In this document: positions 49,940-60,440 of the stretch, piece by piece
Layout: the number at the start of each line of letters is the position of its first letter
How positions within the stretch are numbered: position 1 is the first letter of the stretch
DNA from: Marispirochaeta sp.
GTDB taxonomy: Bacteria > Spirochaetota > Spirochaetia > JC444 > Marispirochaetaceae
Length of the DNA stretch: 64,000 bases
Direction of reading: 5' to 3'
Assembly (NCBI GenBank): GCA_963676835.2
Contig: CAXXFF010000001.1
Span: forward strand, 256,001-320,000
The notes under the pieces: generated by a model
The model's database searches: none
Told to the model about the DNA's origin: nothing
Seen by the model: only the letters and a program-made list of their open reading frames with translations
Program-made: the position numbers and the translations under genes

Positions 49940-51010
49940 CTACTCAAAAACTCTTATCTCAGCCTGTTCTTTCAGCCTGGCAACAACATTTATATATGCC
50001 TGCCGGAATGCATCCTGCTGGCGTTCATTGATAATCATGCGGCTAAGTGATTCCCTTACCGTCATGCTTGAAGTCGGGTTAATGAGATCGTCCAGTTTCA
50101 GCATCTTTGCATCCCGGTGTTCAAGAACTTTTACTATATGAAACCCGATATTTGATCGCAGTACTTCCGAGATACTTCCAGGTTCCAGAGTAAAAAGCTT
50201 ATTGAAAAAGCTGCTTCCGAAATATGCTTCCGCCCGGGCGTCATCCCTGGCGATATAACCGAATTCTCCTCCGGAATATCTTGATTTGGCGTCGTCGGTG
50301 TATTCTGTTACCACAGATGAAAAATCCGCCCCCCGTTTCATTTCAAGTAAAGCCTGTTCAGCCCTTTCCTGAAGGGATGCATAATCAGCATCACCTTTAT
50401 TTATGGTGGAGATGATAATCTGGCTGAACCGCACAAGTTCGGGGTTAACAAGTTTGGTTGCATTCTTGCTGTATTCAGCCTGTATGTCTGCCTCTGTGGG
50501 AGCCTTGATTGATCCAAGGGTTTCCGCCTGAGTCTGAACCGTATATTTCTGCTGGATAAGCTGTTTACGTATGGAGCCGCGAATTTCTTCCCAGGACATC
50601 CGCGTCTGCTCTTCCATAAGATCCTTAAACCTGTCGACCGCAAGGGATTCGGTTGATTTAAGCTGATTAGCCGCTTTCAACTGTAGCTCAGCTGTTTTTC
50701 TCTGCTTTTCAAGGGCGTTATCTATCTCCGTATCGGTAACATAAACACCGTCCCGCTCTGCTGCCTGCTTAATGAGAATTTCAGCAATCATGGTATCAAG
50801 AACCTGATCTTCCGTCTGCGGAGGAATTGGCAGACCTGCCTGAATCCTGACCTGTTCAGTCTCTTCAAAGCGCTGCTGAAGCTGTTTTTTTGTAATTACT
50901 TCATTGCCGGTTAAATTTACCATAGCAGCGGGTCCATCTAAAGGGGCTGCAGATATTGAAAGTGTGCAGATGCATAGAGCCGACAATAACAAAAAAAGTT
51001 TTTTTGACAT
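49940..51010 (-). CDS. SurA/PpiC-type peptidyl-prolyl isomerase
   Basis: Signal peptide; SurA-N-like helices; parvulin motifs GGEFGY, GSISEV, GFHIVKV. Confidence 0.85.
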   Translation of the reverse strand: MSKKLFLLLSALCICTLSISAAPLDGPAAMVNLTGNEVITKKQLQQRFEETEQVRIQAGLPIPPQTEDQVLDTMIAEILIKQAAERDGVYVTDTEIDNALEKQRKTAELQLKAANQLKSTESLAVDRFKDLMEEQTRMSWEEIRGSIRKQLIQQKYTVQTQAETLGSIKAPTEADIQAEYSKNATKLVNPELVRFSQIIISTINKGDADYASLQERAEQALLEMKRGADFSSVVTEYTDDAKSRYSGGEFGYIARDDARAEAYFGSSFFNKLFTLEPGSISEVLRSNIGFHIVKVLEHRDAKMLKLDDLINPTSSMTVRESLSRMIINERQQDAFRQAYINVVARLKEQAEIRVFE

Positions 51011-51013
51011 ATT

Positions 51014-51445
51014 TTACTCCTGAAAAATATGGAGTCTACTTCCCAGATTCAGGGCTTCATTACAGGTAGACAATATCAGAGAATTTTTAATCAACATTCC
51101 TTCAGATTCCATTAGCGTCATCAGATCAAGCAGCGTTTTCCGCCGGCGCAATCCGGGATTGCTGACAAAAGCACAGCATTTCTTTCCGAGAACGCTGCCA
51201 ACCTGAGAAAGATACTTCTTAAGCTCCGGAGAAACCCGCCCGCCCCAAACGGAATCAGCTGTTGTACCTAAGGCAATATACGAAAACCCGGATAATGACC
51301 GGGTTCTGTCGTTTCGTATATCTATTATCTCCGCAACAAGGCCTTGTTGGCGGACCCCTGCAGCTATAGATTCAGATATTTTACGAAGGCTTGGGTTCTC
51401 GTTGTTCGAAAAGTACGCTACCGCTACCCGCAAACTAATCCTCAA
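51014..51445 (-). CDS. Flavodoxin-fold hypothetical protein
   Basis: IAAGV, YIALGT, LGKKCCAF pattern; canonical FMN loop absent; start uncertain. Confidence 0.55.
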   Translation of the reverse strand: MRISLRVAVAYFSNNENPSLRKISESIAAGVRQQGLVAEIIDIRNDRTRSLSGFSYIALGTTADSVWGGRVSPELKKYLSQVGSVLGKKCCAFVSNPGLRRRKTLLDLMTLMESEGMLIKNSLILSTCNEALNLGSRLHIFQE

Positions 51446-51447
51446 GG

Positions 51448-51480
51448 ATTGACTGCGGCCCGGATTCGGGCCGTGTCAAT
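51448..51480 (-). terminator. Stem-loop downstream of secG
   Basis: ATTGAC..CGGCCCG-gatt-CGGGCCG.GTCAAT inverted repeat; no clear U tract. Confidence 0.5.
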
Positions 51481-51499
51481 GTAAATTTGGGCAGAACCC

Positions 51500-51835
51500 T
51501 TATTCTGCTGCAGCATTCTCAGCGGGCGCATCGTTCCACCACTCAGTCTGAGCAGCATCCGCGGCCATTCGGCGGGCAGCACCTTCAACATCACCTTCAC
51601 TCTGGGCAATATTGAACCAGGCAAGAGCAAACGCACTGGACATGAAAACCACAGCAAGTATCGAAGTAAACCGGGTCAGAATGTTACCTGACCGGGAACC
51701 GAAGGCTGTTGAACTTCCTCCGCCCAGCATGCTGCCGAGGCCGTCGCCCTGATCATCCTGAACAAGAACCATAAAAATCAGCAGAAGTGCGCTGATAATA
51801 AAGATAATCAGCAACAGAATCGAAATAATACCCAT
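51500..51835 (-). CDS. secG: Preprotein translocase subunit SecG
   Basis: VLVQDDQGDGLG..GGGSSTAFGSR..LTRFT; follows tpiA. Confidence 0.93.
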   Translation of the reverse strand: MGIISILLLIIFIISALLLIFMVLVQDDQGDGLGSMLGGGSSTAFGSRSGNILTRFTSILAVVFMSSAFALAWFNIAQSEGDVEGAARRMAADAAQTEWWNDAPAENAAAE

Positions 51836-51846
51836 TATAAAAGCTC

Positions 51847-52599
51847 CTAGGCGTCAAATTTAACAATGGGTACGAAGGTTTCTGCCTTGAGAGCGGCACC
51901 GCCTACCAGGGCGCCGTCAATATTTTCCATACCCATCAGTTCTTTCGCATTATCCGGCTTAACCGAACCGCCGTACTGAATAACAATCTTTTCAGCGGCG
52001 TCGTTAGAGTATAATGCGGTTATCTTCTCACGTACAGCCCTATGTATCGCATCTGCGTCATCAGGGGTCGCGGTTTTACCTGTTCCAATGGCCCATACAG
52101 GCTCATATGCAATAGTAATCTTTTCCAGCTCCGAAGCACTGATGTCCTTCAGACCGCCTTCAAGCTGCTCTTCTACCACAGCCTCGGCTTTACCGGCCTC
52201 ACGCTGATCGAGAGTCTCCCCTACACAGAGGATAACTTCAAGACCGTGCTTGAGGGCAAGTTTAACCTTGCGGTTGATAAACTCATCGGATTCTCCGTAA
52301 ATGAGCCGGCGTTCCGAGTGTCCAAGAATAACCACTTCAACACCGATATCCTTGAGCATTATTACAGAAACTTCTCCGGTATGTGCGCCGGACTCCTCAT
52401 CGGACATGTTCTGAGCACCAAGCATGATATTGCTGCCTTTAACCGCATCAGCAACCGCTGATAGAGCAGTAAAGGGGGGCACCACCAGAACCCGGTGAGC
52501 AGATCCTGCCGCCTCAGGCTTGAGTGCATTTACCAGTTCCACCGCTTCTGCGATGGTTTTATTCATCTTCCAGTTACCAGCGATAAAATATTTACGCAT
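51847..52599 (-). CDS. tpiA: Triosephosphate isomerase
   Basis: AGNWKMN, GHSERR, AYEPVWAIGTG, YGGSV, GALVGGA. Confidence 0.98.
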   Translation of the reverse strand: MRKYFIAGNWKMNKTIAEAVELVNALKPEAAGSAHRVLVVPPFTALSAVADAVKGSNIMLGAQNMSDEESGAHTGEVSVIMLKDIGVEVVILGHSERRLIYGESDEFINRKVKLALKHGLEVILCVGETLDQREAGKAEAVVEEQLEGGLKDISASELEKITIAYEPVWAIGTGKTATPDDADAIHRAVREKITALYSNDAAEKIVIQYGGSVKPDNAKELMGMENIDGALVGGAALKAETFVPIVKFDA

Positions 52600-52638
52600 G
52601 ATAGAACCTTCCTGTTATCGTATCGTATTAATAAGATC

Positions 52639-52662
52639 AGTCCCGGCCGCAGGACCGGGACT
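52639..52662 (-). terminator. Stem-loop between pgk and tpiA
   Basis: AGTCCCGG-ccgcagga-CCGGGACT. Confidence 0.45.
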
Positions 52663-52684
52663 ATAAAAACCGTTTTACCGTCGG

Positions 52685-53866
52685 CTATACAGTAAGTGCA
52701 GCGATTCCGGGAAGGTTTTTGCCTTCCAGAAACTCAAGGGATGCACCGCCTCCGGTAGAGACATGGTCGATTTTGTCAGCAAGATTGAACTTGTTGACCG
52801 CAGCTACTGAATCACCCCCGCCGACAACCGTAGTTCCGGCGCAGTCAGCAACATAGTTGGCTACCGCAAGAGTACCTGCAGCAAAAGCATCGAACTCAAA
52901 AACACCCATGGGACCATTCATTACCACATTCTTTGCTTCCGCAATGGCGGTCCTGATTTTTTCAAGGGTCTTGGGTCCGACATCCATGCCGATTTTTCCA
53001 TCGGGAATATCAACGGAATCTACCGCTTCAGCTGCAGCAGTTTCTGAAAATTCACCGGCAACCACGTGATCCAGAGGCAGAATAATATCAACGCCTGCTT
53101 CCGCTGCCTTCTCAATAAGAGAAGAAGCGGTTCCCAGAAAATCCTCTTCAAGAAGAGAGTTTCCAATGGTTTTCCCCTGGGCTTTCAGAAAGGTATATGC
53201 CATACCTCCGCCGATTACAAGGGTACTGCACTTGGGCAGCAGCGACTCCAATACTGCAATCTTGGTGGAAACCTTGGCTCCTCCGATGATTGCAACAAAG
53301 GGCTTGGCAGGATTATCAAGCAGGGGTGAAAAGAACTTCACCTCTTTCTCAATAAGAAAACCCGCTGCGGCCTCCAGATGATGGGCAACTCCCTCGGTTG
53401 AGGCATGGGCCCGGTGAGCGGTGCCGAATGCATCGTTAACATATACATCGCCGAGCTTAGCCAGGCTTGATGCAAACTCAGGGTCGTTTTTTGTCTCACC
53501 TGCATAAAAACGGACGTTTTCAAGCAGAAGCACATCGCCGCCTTTGAGATCGGCAGAAAGTTTTTCAACCTCCGGACCAATACAGTCCGGGGCCATGGTA
53601 ACCTTTTTGCCAAGAAGTTCACTCAGACGTCCTACGATAGGTGCAAGACTGAACTCGGGATTCTTTTCGCCCTTGGGGCGGCCAAGGTGAGTCATGATTA
53701 TCAGAGACGCACCTTCCTGCTCAAGGATATACTTGAGTGTAGGAAGGGCAGCCCTGATCCGGGTATCATCGGTAATTATCCCCTCTTTCAAGGGGACATT
53801 GAAATCTACCCGGACAAGAACGCGTTTATTGCGCAGATCAAGGTCTTTTACTGTTTTAAGAGCCAT
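52685..53866 (-). CDS. pgk: Phosphoglycerate kinase
   Basis: [48 protein letters not shown]. Confidence 0.98.
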   Translation of the reverse strand: MALKTVKDLDLRNKRVLVRVDFNVPLKEGIITDDTRIRAALPTLKYILEQEGASLIIMTHLGRPKGEKNPEFSLAPIVGRLSELLGKKVTMAPDCIGPEVEKLSADLKGGDVLLLENVRFYAGETKNDPEFASSLAKLGDVYVNDAFGTAHRAHASTEGVAHHLEAAAGFLIEKEVKFFSPLLDNPAKPFVAIIGGAKVSTKIAVLESLLPKCSTLVIGGGMAYTFLKAQGKTIGNSLLEEDFLGTASSLIEKAAEAGVDIILPLDHVVAGEFSETAAAEAVDSVDIPDGKIGMDVGPKTLEKIRTAIAEAKNVVMNGPMGVFEFDAFAAGTLAVANYVADCAGTTVVGGGDSVAAVNKFNLADKIDHVSTGGGASLEFLEGKNLPGIAALTV

Positions 53867-53895
53867 ATACGGTTCCTTATCCTAAACCGAATGGA

Positions 53896-54897
53896 TTAAA
53901 GAATCTTCTCCGCAAGGTCTACAACTCTGTTGGAGTAACCCCACTCGTTGTCATACCAGGAAACAACCTTGAAAAATCCCTTGCCCAGCTTCATGGTGCA
54001 GAGAGCATCGAACAGGCTGGAGTTGGAATTACCCTTAACGTCCATGGAGACGATGGGGTCTTCAGTATATGCAAGAACACCCTTCATGGGGCCTTCTGCC
54101 GCAGCCTTAACAGCCGCATTTACCTCTTCTACACTGGGGTCTTTGTCCAGCTGAACAGTAAGGTCTACAACAGAACCGGTGGGAGTAGGCACACGCATTG
54201 CCATTCCGTTCAGTTTACCGTTGAGTGCAGGAATAACCAGCCCTACAGCCTTGGCCGCACCGGTTGTGGTGGGGATAATGGAAAGAGCAGCAGCTCTTGA
54301 CCGGCGAAGGTCTGAGTGGGGAAGGTCGAGAATATTCTGGTCGTTGGTGTAAGCATGAATGGTATTCATGAGACCCTGCTGGATTCCGAAATTATCGTTC
54401 AGAACTTTTGCCAGGGGTGCAAGACAGTTGGTGGTACAGGAAGCATTTGAGTAAGCCTCGATGCTGTCACTGATTTCGTCCTCGTTAACACCGAGAACAA
54501 CAGTCTTGTCGATTGTATCCTTTGCAGGTACGGTAAGAATTACCTTTTTGGCACCGGCCTTGATGTGGTCCTTGTAACCGCCGCGGGGGCCTTCTGCAGT
54601 TGCGAAAATACCGGTGGATTCGATGGCTACATCAACACCGAGCTCTCCCCAGGGAAGAGAAGCGGGTTCGCGGATAGCAAAAATCTTGACTTCTTTGCCG
54701 TCAACCACGATAGCATCATCTTTAACTTCTACAGTCTTGTCGTAAACACCGAATGTTGAATCGTACTTGAGAAGATGAGCCAGTGTCTTGGGGCTGGTAA
54801 TATCGTTAATTGCAACTACTTCGATATTGTCCCGTTCAAAGGCTACCTTAAAAACATTTCTTCCGATTCTTCCGAAACCATTAATAGCTATTTTCAT
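53896..54897 (-). CDS. gap: Type I glyceraldehyde-3-phosphate dehydrogenase
   Basis: [37 protein letters not shown]. Confidence 0.98.
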   Translation of the reverse strand: MKIAINGFGRIGRNVFKVAFERDNIEVVAINDITSPKTLAHLLKYDSTFGVYDKTVEVKDDAIVVDGKEVKIFAIREPASLPWGELGVDVAIESTGIFATAEGPRGGYKDHIKAGAKKVILTVPAKDTIDKTVVLGVNEDEISDSIEAYSNASCTTNCLAPLAKVLNDNFGIQQGLMNTIHAYTNDQNILDLPHSDLRRSRAAALSIIPTTTGAAKAVGLVIPALNGKLNGMAMRVPTPTGSVVDLTVQLDKDPSVEEVNAAVKAAAEGPMKGVLAYTEDPIVSMDVKGNSNSSLFDALCTMKLGKGFFKVVSWYDNEWGYSNRVVDLAEKIL

Positions 54898-54931
54898 CCT
54901 ATTCCTCCTGGAAATCTATGCCTTGGCAAAT

Positions 54932-54960
54932 ACTATAAGAAAAAGAGTGGCAAGTGTCAA
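54932..54960 (-). promoter_or_regulatory. sigma70 promoter of gap-pgk-tpiA-secG
   Basis: TTGACA-17-TATAGT followed by SD AGGAGG. Confidence 0.7.
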
Positions 54961-54999
54961 TTGAATGTAATAAATAGCGATTTTTTTACCGATTTTAAC

Positions 55000-56994
55000 T
55001 TATTGTATTGTAAGCAATTCCTGATACAATCCGTTAAGCGGAAGTTCTTCCCGGGACTCCTGCGTACCCTCTTCCACCGGCAGAATAAGTGTGTCCCCTT
55101 CATTTATGTAATCGAAGAATCCTGAATTTTCGATTACACCTTCAGCAACCAGTTCATCCAGTCCTGTTATAGTCAGTTTCCCGGCAACATCTTCCGGTGA
55201 AAACTCAAAACCCAGGGCATCACGTTTTAAACTGAGACTGCGGGGAGGCAGAATAAGAAACACTTCATCCCCCTGAAGACCGTCGAATCTTCCGGCATCA
55301 ACAAGTCCCCGGTCGAAATCCCGCTGAACCAGCCTGGCTTTAAGAGGCAGAGATGCTACAAGATCCTCAGTGGCCCGGTTTAACGCATCGGTTACTCTGT
55401 CGTTTCCGGTTCTGAAGGTCTTAATCTTCTTCAGAAGAGTACCGTTCTCTGCAAGGTACAGTTCCATATAGACAGTGAAGTATCTGGCCTTCTCATCGAA
55501 TGAGACCAGTACAAAATAGTCATCGCCCCTGCTGCGGGCTTCCTTGAAGGCGGCAGAATAGCCCTCAACAGCATGAACACCACCATCAGCAACGGCAACC
55601 CGCTCTCTGCCCTTGAGCATATTAATCAACAGGGTTCCAGCCACCTGATCCCCGGCATAATGGACTACATCAGAACCGCCGGGGATTGCGAAAATACCGA
55701 GACGGTACTCGCTCCGGTCGAGTATGAACTGATTGATCCCCCAGCGGGAAGCAAGATTATCCTCCTGAAGGCTGCGCTGAATTTCCAGTTCATCCGTCAC
55801 AGCTTCATCGGAGAGACTCTTTTCTGCAATAACCTCAAGTTCGGTGAGATATTTTGCGGGATACCCGAGGGTTTTATAAATACCGGCATAAGCCCGGCGG
55901 TACTCACTGCTGGAGGGATCAAGCTGAACAGCAAAACGGTACTCCACCAGTGCTTTATCAAGAAGAAAGCGGGCCTCAAACTCCCTGCCCCTCTCCAAAT
56001 GGTAAAGAGCAAGAGATTGCCTCAGTGCTTCGTCTCCGGCTCCCTCGGCTTTAACAAGTTCTTCCAGAGCGTACCGGGCCAGTTCATCGTCCCGGCTCTG
56101 GCGGAATACGGAGGTAAAGCTTCTGACCGCTTCATCGGTTCTACCGGTTCGGGAGTAGGCTATTCCAAGGGTATAAAAGGTTTGCGCATCGCCTGGCCGT
56201 ATATGCAAAGCCTCATTGAGATAGGTTATGGCACTGTCATATTCGCCCAGAACAAGGTGGGCAAGGGCTGCAGCCTGAAGGCCGGGATAATAGTCGGGAC
56301 GGATTGATATGGCAAGACGGGCATGATAAAGAGCATCTTCAAGACGTCCCCGCCGCCGGTAATGACGTGATACTGCAGTCTGCACCTGCGGACTGTCTCC
56401 ATGGTAACGAACCGCAGCGTTAACGTAGGTTTCCGAGGCATCGAACTGCTCAAGCTCATCGGAAAGAAGAAGAAGCCCTAACAGGGCACGCTTTTCTCCG
56501 GGGACAAGGTCCAGGGTCTCGGTATAGGTTTTCAGTGCGTTTCCAACATCTCCGGTGGCGACATTCATCTCGGCAATACCCAGAAGTGCTTCAGTATTAT
56601 TCGGCTCTGCTGAAAGAACTTCATCAAAAACTGCTGCTGCCCGCTCAACGGAACCGAGACCGACAAGAATTCTGCCGCTCAGCACTTTCAGAGAGCTGTC
56701 GGCACGGCTCAGCTTCAGGGCCCGTTCTGCAAATGTCAGGGCATCCTGATATTCACCCAGCAGAAAATAGGATTCTGCCAGGCCCGTAAGGGGCTCGAGA
56801 TAAACCGGATACTCCCGGACAAGCTCTGTATACCCCTCGACGGCTGCAAAATACTCACCCTGTTCCTGCAGCCCCTTTGCCGCCTGATACTGCTCAAGCC
56901 GGCTCTGACCGAACACCGGCAGCAGGCTCAATACAAACATAGAGATAAAAAAAACTTTTACATATATACAACCTGAAGCCCTACTCACCCTCAT
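55000..56994 (-). CDS. Exported TPR protein
   Basis: Hydrophobic N-terminus, many TPR repeats, non-TPR C-terminal domain; start approximate (56994 or 56988). Confidence 0.8.
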   Translation of the reverse strand: MRVSRASGCIYVKVFFISMFVLSLLPVFGQSRLEQYQAAKGLQEQGEYFAAVEGYTELVREYPVYLEPLTGLAESYFLLGEYQDALTFAERALKLSRADSSLKVLSGRILVGLGSVERAAAVFDEVLSAEPNNTEALLGIAEMNVATGDVGNALKTYTETLDLVPGEKRALLGLLLLSDELEQFDASETYVNAAVRYHGDSPQVQTAVSRHYRRRGRLEDALYHARLAISIRPDYYPGLQAAALAHLVLGEYDSAITYLNEALHIRPGDAQTFYTLGIAYSRTGRTDEAVRSFTSVFRQSRDDELARYALEELVKAEGAGDEALRQSLALYHLERGREFEARFLLDKALVEYRFAVQLDPSSSEYRRAYAGIYKTLGYPAKYLTELEVIAEKSLSDEAVTDELEIQRSLQEDNLASRWGINQFILDRSEYRLGIFAIPGGSDVVHYAGDQVAGTLLINMLKGRERVAVADGGVHAVEGYSAAFKEARSRGDDYFVLVSFDEKARYFTVYMELYLAENGTLLKKIKTFRTGNDRVTDALNRATEDLVASLPLKARLVQRDFDRGLVDAGRFDGLQGDEVFLILPPRSLSLKRDALGFEFSPEDVAGKLTITGLDELVAEGVIENSGFFDYINEGDTLILPVEEGTQESREELPLNGLYQELLTIQ

Positions 56995-57763
56995 TACTCC
57001 GGACCACAATCTTTATTGTTTTAATCTTATGGCCCTCCATCTCCTGAACGATAAAATCCCACTCTTTGTGACTGATTTTTTCGAACTTTACCGGTATTTT
57101 GCCGAGCAGATCAAAAACAAAGCCTCCAAGGGTATCAAAATCATCCAGAGGAAGCTCGATGCCGGTCTTTTCATGAAGATCTTCCAGGTTAACTCTGGCA
57201 TCACAGAGAAATACCCCGTCACCGATTTTAAGAATATCCTCAACCTCGTTGTCGAATTCATCCTGGATTTCACCGACGATCTCTTCGATGATGTCCTCCA
57301 TGCAGACAATTCCGCTGACACCGCCGTATTCATCCACAGCAACGGCAATGTGCACCCTGCGGCGCTTGAATTCTTTCAACAGGCTGTCCAGCTTTTTGCT
57401 CTCCGGGACAAAATAGGCCTTGCGGGTAAGGGTGCGGATATTTATCTCTTCCGGTTTAAACATGAAGGTAAGCAGGTCTTTTGCATAGAGCACACCGATC
57501 ACATTATCGATGGTCTCCTCATAAACCGGCACCCTGGAATGACCGCAGCTGGTGAGAATATCAAGCAGTTCTTCCACTCCTGTATCGACGGAAACAAATA
57601 CGACATCTATACGGGGAACCATGACTTCCTTCACGCTGGTATCGGAAAGTTCCACGATACCCCGGATCATGTCTTTTTCCTCTATATTGAGGGAATGAAA
57701 TGACTCCTCGTCGTCCTCGCTTTTGAGTTTAAACAGTTTTTGCAGCAATCCCATTTTTTTCAA
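56981..57763 (-). CDS. corC: CorC/TlyC (YbeX-like) CBS-pair and transporter-associated domain protein
   Basis: VKEVMVPRID, GHSRVPVY, VDEYGG, EDIIEEIVGEIQDEFD, DTLGG. Confidence 0.9.
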   Translation of the reverse strand: MKKMGLLQKLFKLKSEDDEESFHSLNIEEKDMIRGIVELSDTSVKEVMVPRIDVVFVSVDTGVEELLDILTSCGHSRVPVYEETIDNVIGVLYAKDLLTFMFKPEEINIRTLTRKAYFVPESKKLDSLLKEFKRRRVHIAVAVDEYGGVSGIVCMEDIIEEIVGEIQDEFDNEVEDILKIGDGVFLCDARVNLEDLHEKTGIELPLDDFDTLGGFVFDLLGKIPVKFEKISHKEWDFIVQEMEGHKIKTIKIVVRSNEGE

Positions 57764-57766
57764 CGG

Positions 57767-58216
57767 CTATTCCTTTTCTCCGAAGGATTTCAGTATCTCT
57801 TCCTGCAGCTTGAGCATAGGCTCATCGGCGTCACTGCTGGCATGATGATGTCCCGCAAGATGCAGCACCCCGTGGATGGTCATTCTGTACAGCTCCTCCA
57901 TAAAGGTAACCCCGAATTCCTTCGCCTGTGTTTCTATACGGTCAACGGCTATGACAATATCTCCAGCCGGTATGGGACCTTTAGATGCGGGAATCTCGTT
58001 TCCCTCGACTTGAGGAAAAGAGAGTACGTCGGTGACCTCATCACGATTCCTGTAGCTTTTATTCAGCTTGCGGATCATCTCCCCGTCACATAAAAGTACG
58101 GAAATTTCCCAGTTGTCAATACTCAGGTGGTCCAGAAGCAGGGAAATAAATTCCCGGTAGGAGTCCATCCAGTCGGGAAGTTCAATCCTTTCCAATGTAA
58201 TTTCGATATTATTCAC
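57767..58216 (-). CDS. ybeY: rRNA maturation RNase YbeY
   Basis: LNKSYRNRDEVTDVLSF, GDIVI, HGVLHLAGHHH; GTG start at 58216. Confidence 0.94.
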   Translation of the reverse strand: MNNIEITLERIELPDWMDSYREFISLLLDHLSIDNWEISVLLCDGEMIRKLNKSYRNRDEVTDVLSFPQVEGNEIPASKGPIPAGDIVIAVDRIETQAKEFGVTFMEELYRMTIHGVLHLAGHHHASSDADEPMLKLQEEILKSFGEKE

Positions 58217-60440
58217 CCTGGACCTCTTTTTTCTCTTCCCGCTGATCGGGGTACTCGATACGGGTATGAAAGTGCCCGGCCAGAATCTGAACAAAAACCT
58301 TTTTGATCTTTTCCAAATCCTGAAAAGTAAGGTCGCTGTTCTCCAGCTGGTGGGACTCAAACTTGGACATAATCTGTTTCCAGATGAATTTTTCAAGCTT
58401 CGCCACCGTAGGATTACTCAGGGTTCGTGTGGATGCTTCTACCGTATCCGCCAGCATGACCACTGCCGCCTCCTTGCTTGTAGGGGGAACGCCGTTATAG
58501 CTGAAATCCTCAGGCTTTGTATCCCGGTCCTTCTTGAGCGCTTCGGAATAGAAGTAGTTGATCAGACCGCTGCCGTGATGCTGGGCAACAATTTCAATAA
58601 CCTCTTCCGGAAGTTTCAGTTCCCGTGCCTTCTCTATCCCTATTTTAACATGGGATTTGATAACCGCGGCGGAGAGACTTGGTTTTAATTCGTCATGCTT
58701 ATTGAGCCTGTCCGGCTGATTCTCCACAAAATATCCGGACTGATCTATCTTTCCAATGTCATGATAATAGGCGCCTACCCGGGCAAGCAGGGCATTTGCT
58801 CCTATTTCCCGGGCTGCAGATTCAGCGAGATTTGCAACACTCACGCTGTGGCTGTAGGTTCCCGGCGCAAGGGTCAGCATCCGCCTGAACAGGGGTGTAT
58901 TAAGATCAGAGAGCTCTATCAATCTGAATGTTGTGGGTATATTGAGCAGATGTTCAAAAAAAGGAAGCAGTCCAATATTCAGTACCGAACAGAACAGAGC
59001 ATTAGCCACAGCCCAGCCGATAAGGGTCAGCACCTGCATAACCTGAAGATGCCCGAGAAGCCCGATCACAAAGGCAATAACCATATGGTAGGCGATCAGC
59101 AGCACTGTTCCGCGAATAAGGTCCAGACGCTTGTCTGCACCGAGTACCACCACTGTCGCGGCAACACCGCTTGAGAAGGCGAAAATCTGTTCAAAGGGAC
59201 TGGTCCTGCTGATGAACAGCAGGCTGAAAGAGAGAATAAGGGATATACTGACTGCAATCTCCGGCGAGATAAGCAGAGCCAGAAGCGAGGCCGCCAGTGC
59301 GGTTGGCAGAAAAACGGAGAGAGGCACATAATCCGGTACCGGGACCACTTTAATTACAACAACAGCCACAACGACAAACACCGCCGCTGCACCGAGAACA
59401 AGAAAAAGCTGACTGTCTTTCAGACGGGTACCGGCGAAGGATGAACCCAGAAGCCAGACTGCAAGCAGATAGAGTACCAGAAGCAGGAGACCGGTACCGA
59501 TAATTCCTGTTGTATTGAAGCTTGTGGCAGAACTTCCGATGGCCTCAATCTTCTCCATTTCATCTTCGGTTACAATAAAGCCCCTGCGCACCACCGGTTC
59601 TCCGGCTTCAAGATGGACCACAACAGGCTCCACCTCCTGCCGTACCCTCTCACGGTTGCGGGCTGTCTGGTCATCATCATAAAAGGCGTTGGCGGCGGCG
59701 AAAACCCTTATTATATCCGAGTAAATCGGAATAAACCCGGCGGAAACACCAAGATCGGCAAGCTCATCCTTAAGCCGATCTTCCAGGTTTGCAACCGTAT
59801 AAAGCTGCCCCAGGGGAATTTCTTCATGCTCTCTGGAACCGTTTCTCCAGCGCCAGATGTCTACAATACTGCTGCCGGTTTCCGCCCAGTTGTCGGGAAA
59901 TCGGACAAGACCGAAGCGGAGAATGCGTTTAAGCAGATCTTCCGACAGTTCCAGCCCGAAAGGACTGCGGGCCACCATGAGAATATCCTTAAGTTCTTCA
60001 GGGGTGAACAGCCCGGGATATTCGGCTTCGATCTGCAGCACAGCGGTCTCTTCCGCACTCTTTTCCTCTATAGTCCGGTCAACGGTATCGATAAACCCGT
60101 GCAGCAGTGCCGTGCTTCTCTCGGTTATATCTTCTTCAACCACAAAAATCGGCCGCACCAGCTGCACCTTGGCCGCAATTTTCAGATCTGTTGCGTCCTG
60201 ATCTATGTAGGAAATACTGCGGTCAAGAATAAGATCCTTTTCCGCTACCCGACCGGCTTCATATTCGGTAAGCTGTTTGCGGCTGAAAATCCCTCCGGAC
60301 TGGGTTGTCAGAACCAGGACAAGGTAGATCAGTAGAAAACTGCCGGCAACAAGCAGAATACGCCGGCGATTACGCCCTCCGTACCGGGAGAAAAGGTCAG
60401 ATAGTGCTGAACCTTTTATTTGATTATTTCTGGTCTTCAT
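58209..60440 (-). CDS. 7TM-HD family phosphohydrolase (PgpH-like, possible c-di-AMP phosphodiesterase)
   Basis: Extracellular domain, about 7 TM helices, APGTYSHS, YYHDIGK, YFVENQ, QHHG, MLADTVEA. Confidence 0.88.
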   Translation of the reverse strand: MKTRNNQIKGSALSDLFSRYGGRNRRRILLVAGSFLLIYLVLVLTTQSGGIFSRKQLTEYEAGRVAEKDLILDRSISYIDQDATDLKIAAKVQLVRPIFVVEEDITERSTALLHGFIDTVDRTIEEKSAEETAVLQIEAEYPGLFTPEELKDILMVARSPFGLELSEDLLKRILRFGLVRFPDNWAETGSSIVDIWRWRNGSREHEEIPLGQLYTVANLEDRLKDELADLGVSAGFIPIYSDIIRVFAAANAFYDDDQTARNRERVRQEVEPVVVHLEAGEPVVRRGFIVTEDEMEKIEAIGSSATSFNTTGIIGTGLLLLVLYLLAVWLLGSSFAGTRLKDSQLFLVLGAAAVFVVVAVVVIKVVPVPDYVPLSVFLPTALAASLLALLISPEIAVSISLILSFSLLFISRTSPFEQIFAFSSGVAATVVVLGADKRLDLIRGTVLLIAYHMVIAFVIGLLGHLQVMQVLTLIGWAVANALFCSVLNIGLLPFFEHLLNIPTTFRLIELSDLNTPLFRRMLTLAPGTYSHSVSVANLAESAAREIGANALLARVGAYYHDIGKIDQSGYFVENQPDRLNKHDELKPSLSAAVIKSHVKIGIEKARELKLPEEVIEIVAQHHGSGLINYFYSEALKKDRDTKPEDFSYNGVPPTSKEAAVVMLADTVEASTRTLSNPTVAKLEKFIWKQIMSKFESHQLENSDLTFQDLEKIKKVFVQILAGHFHTRIEYPDQREEKKEVQGE

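Noticed and set aside
58217..58396. N-terminal extension of YbeY in the ORF track
   Set aside because: Overlaps the HD gene; GTG at 58216 gives a normal-length YbeY. The same applies to the extended starts of map, the TPR gene at 19917 and the ORF at 26363.
55573..60335. Long antisense ORFs (e.g. 55573-56307, 57029-57703, 59613-60335; also 6909-7514, 36500-37126, 46477-47109)
   Set aside because: Each lies fully opposite a motif-supported gene and has no recognisable motifs; typical antisense shadows.
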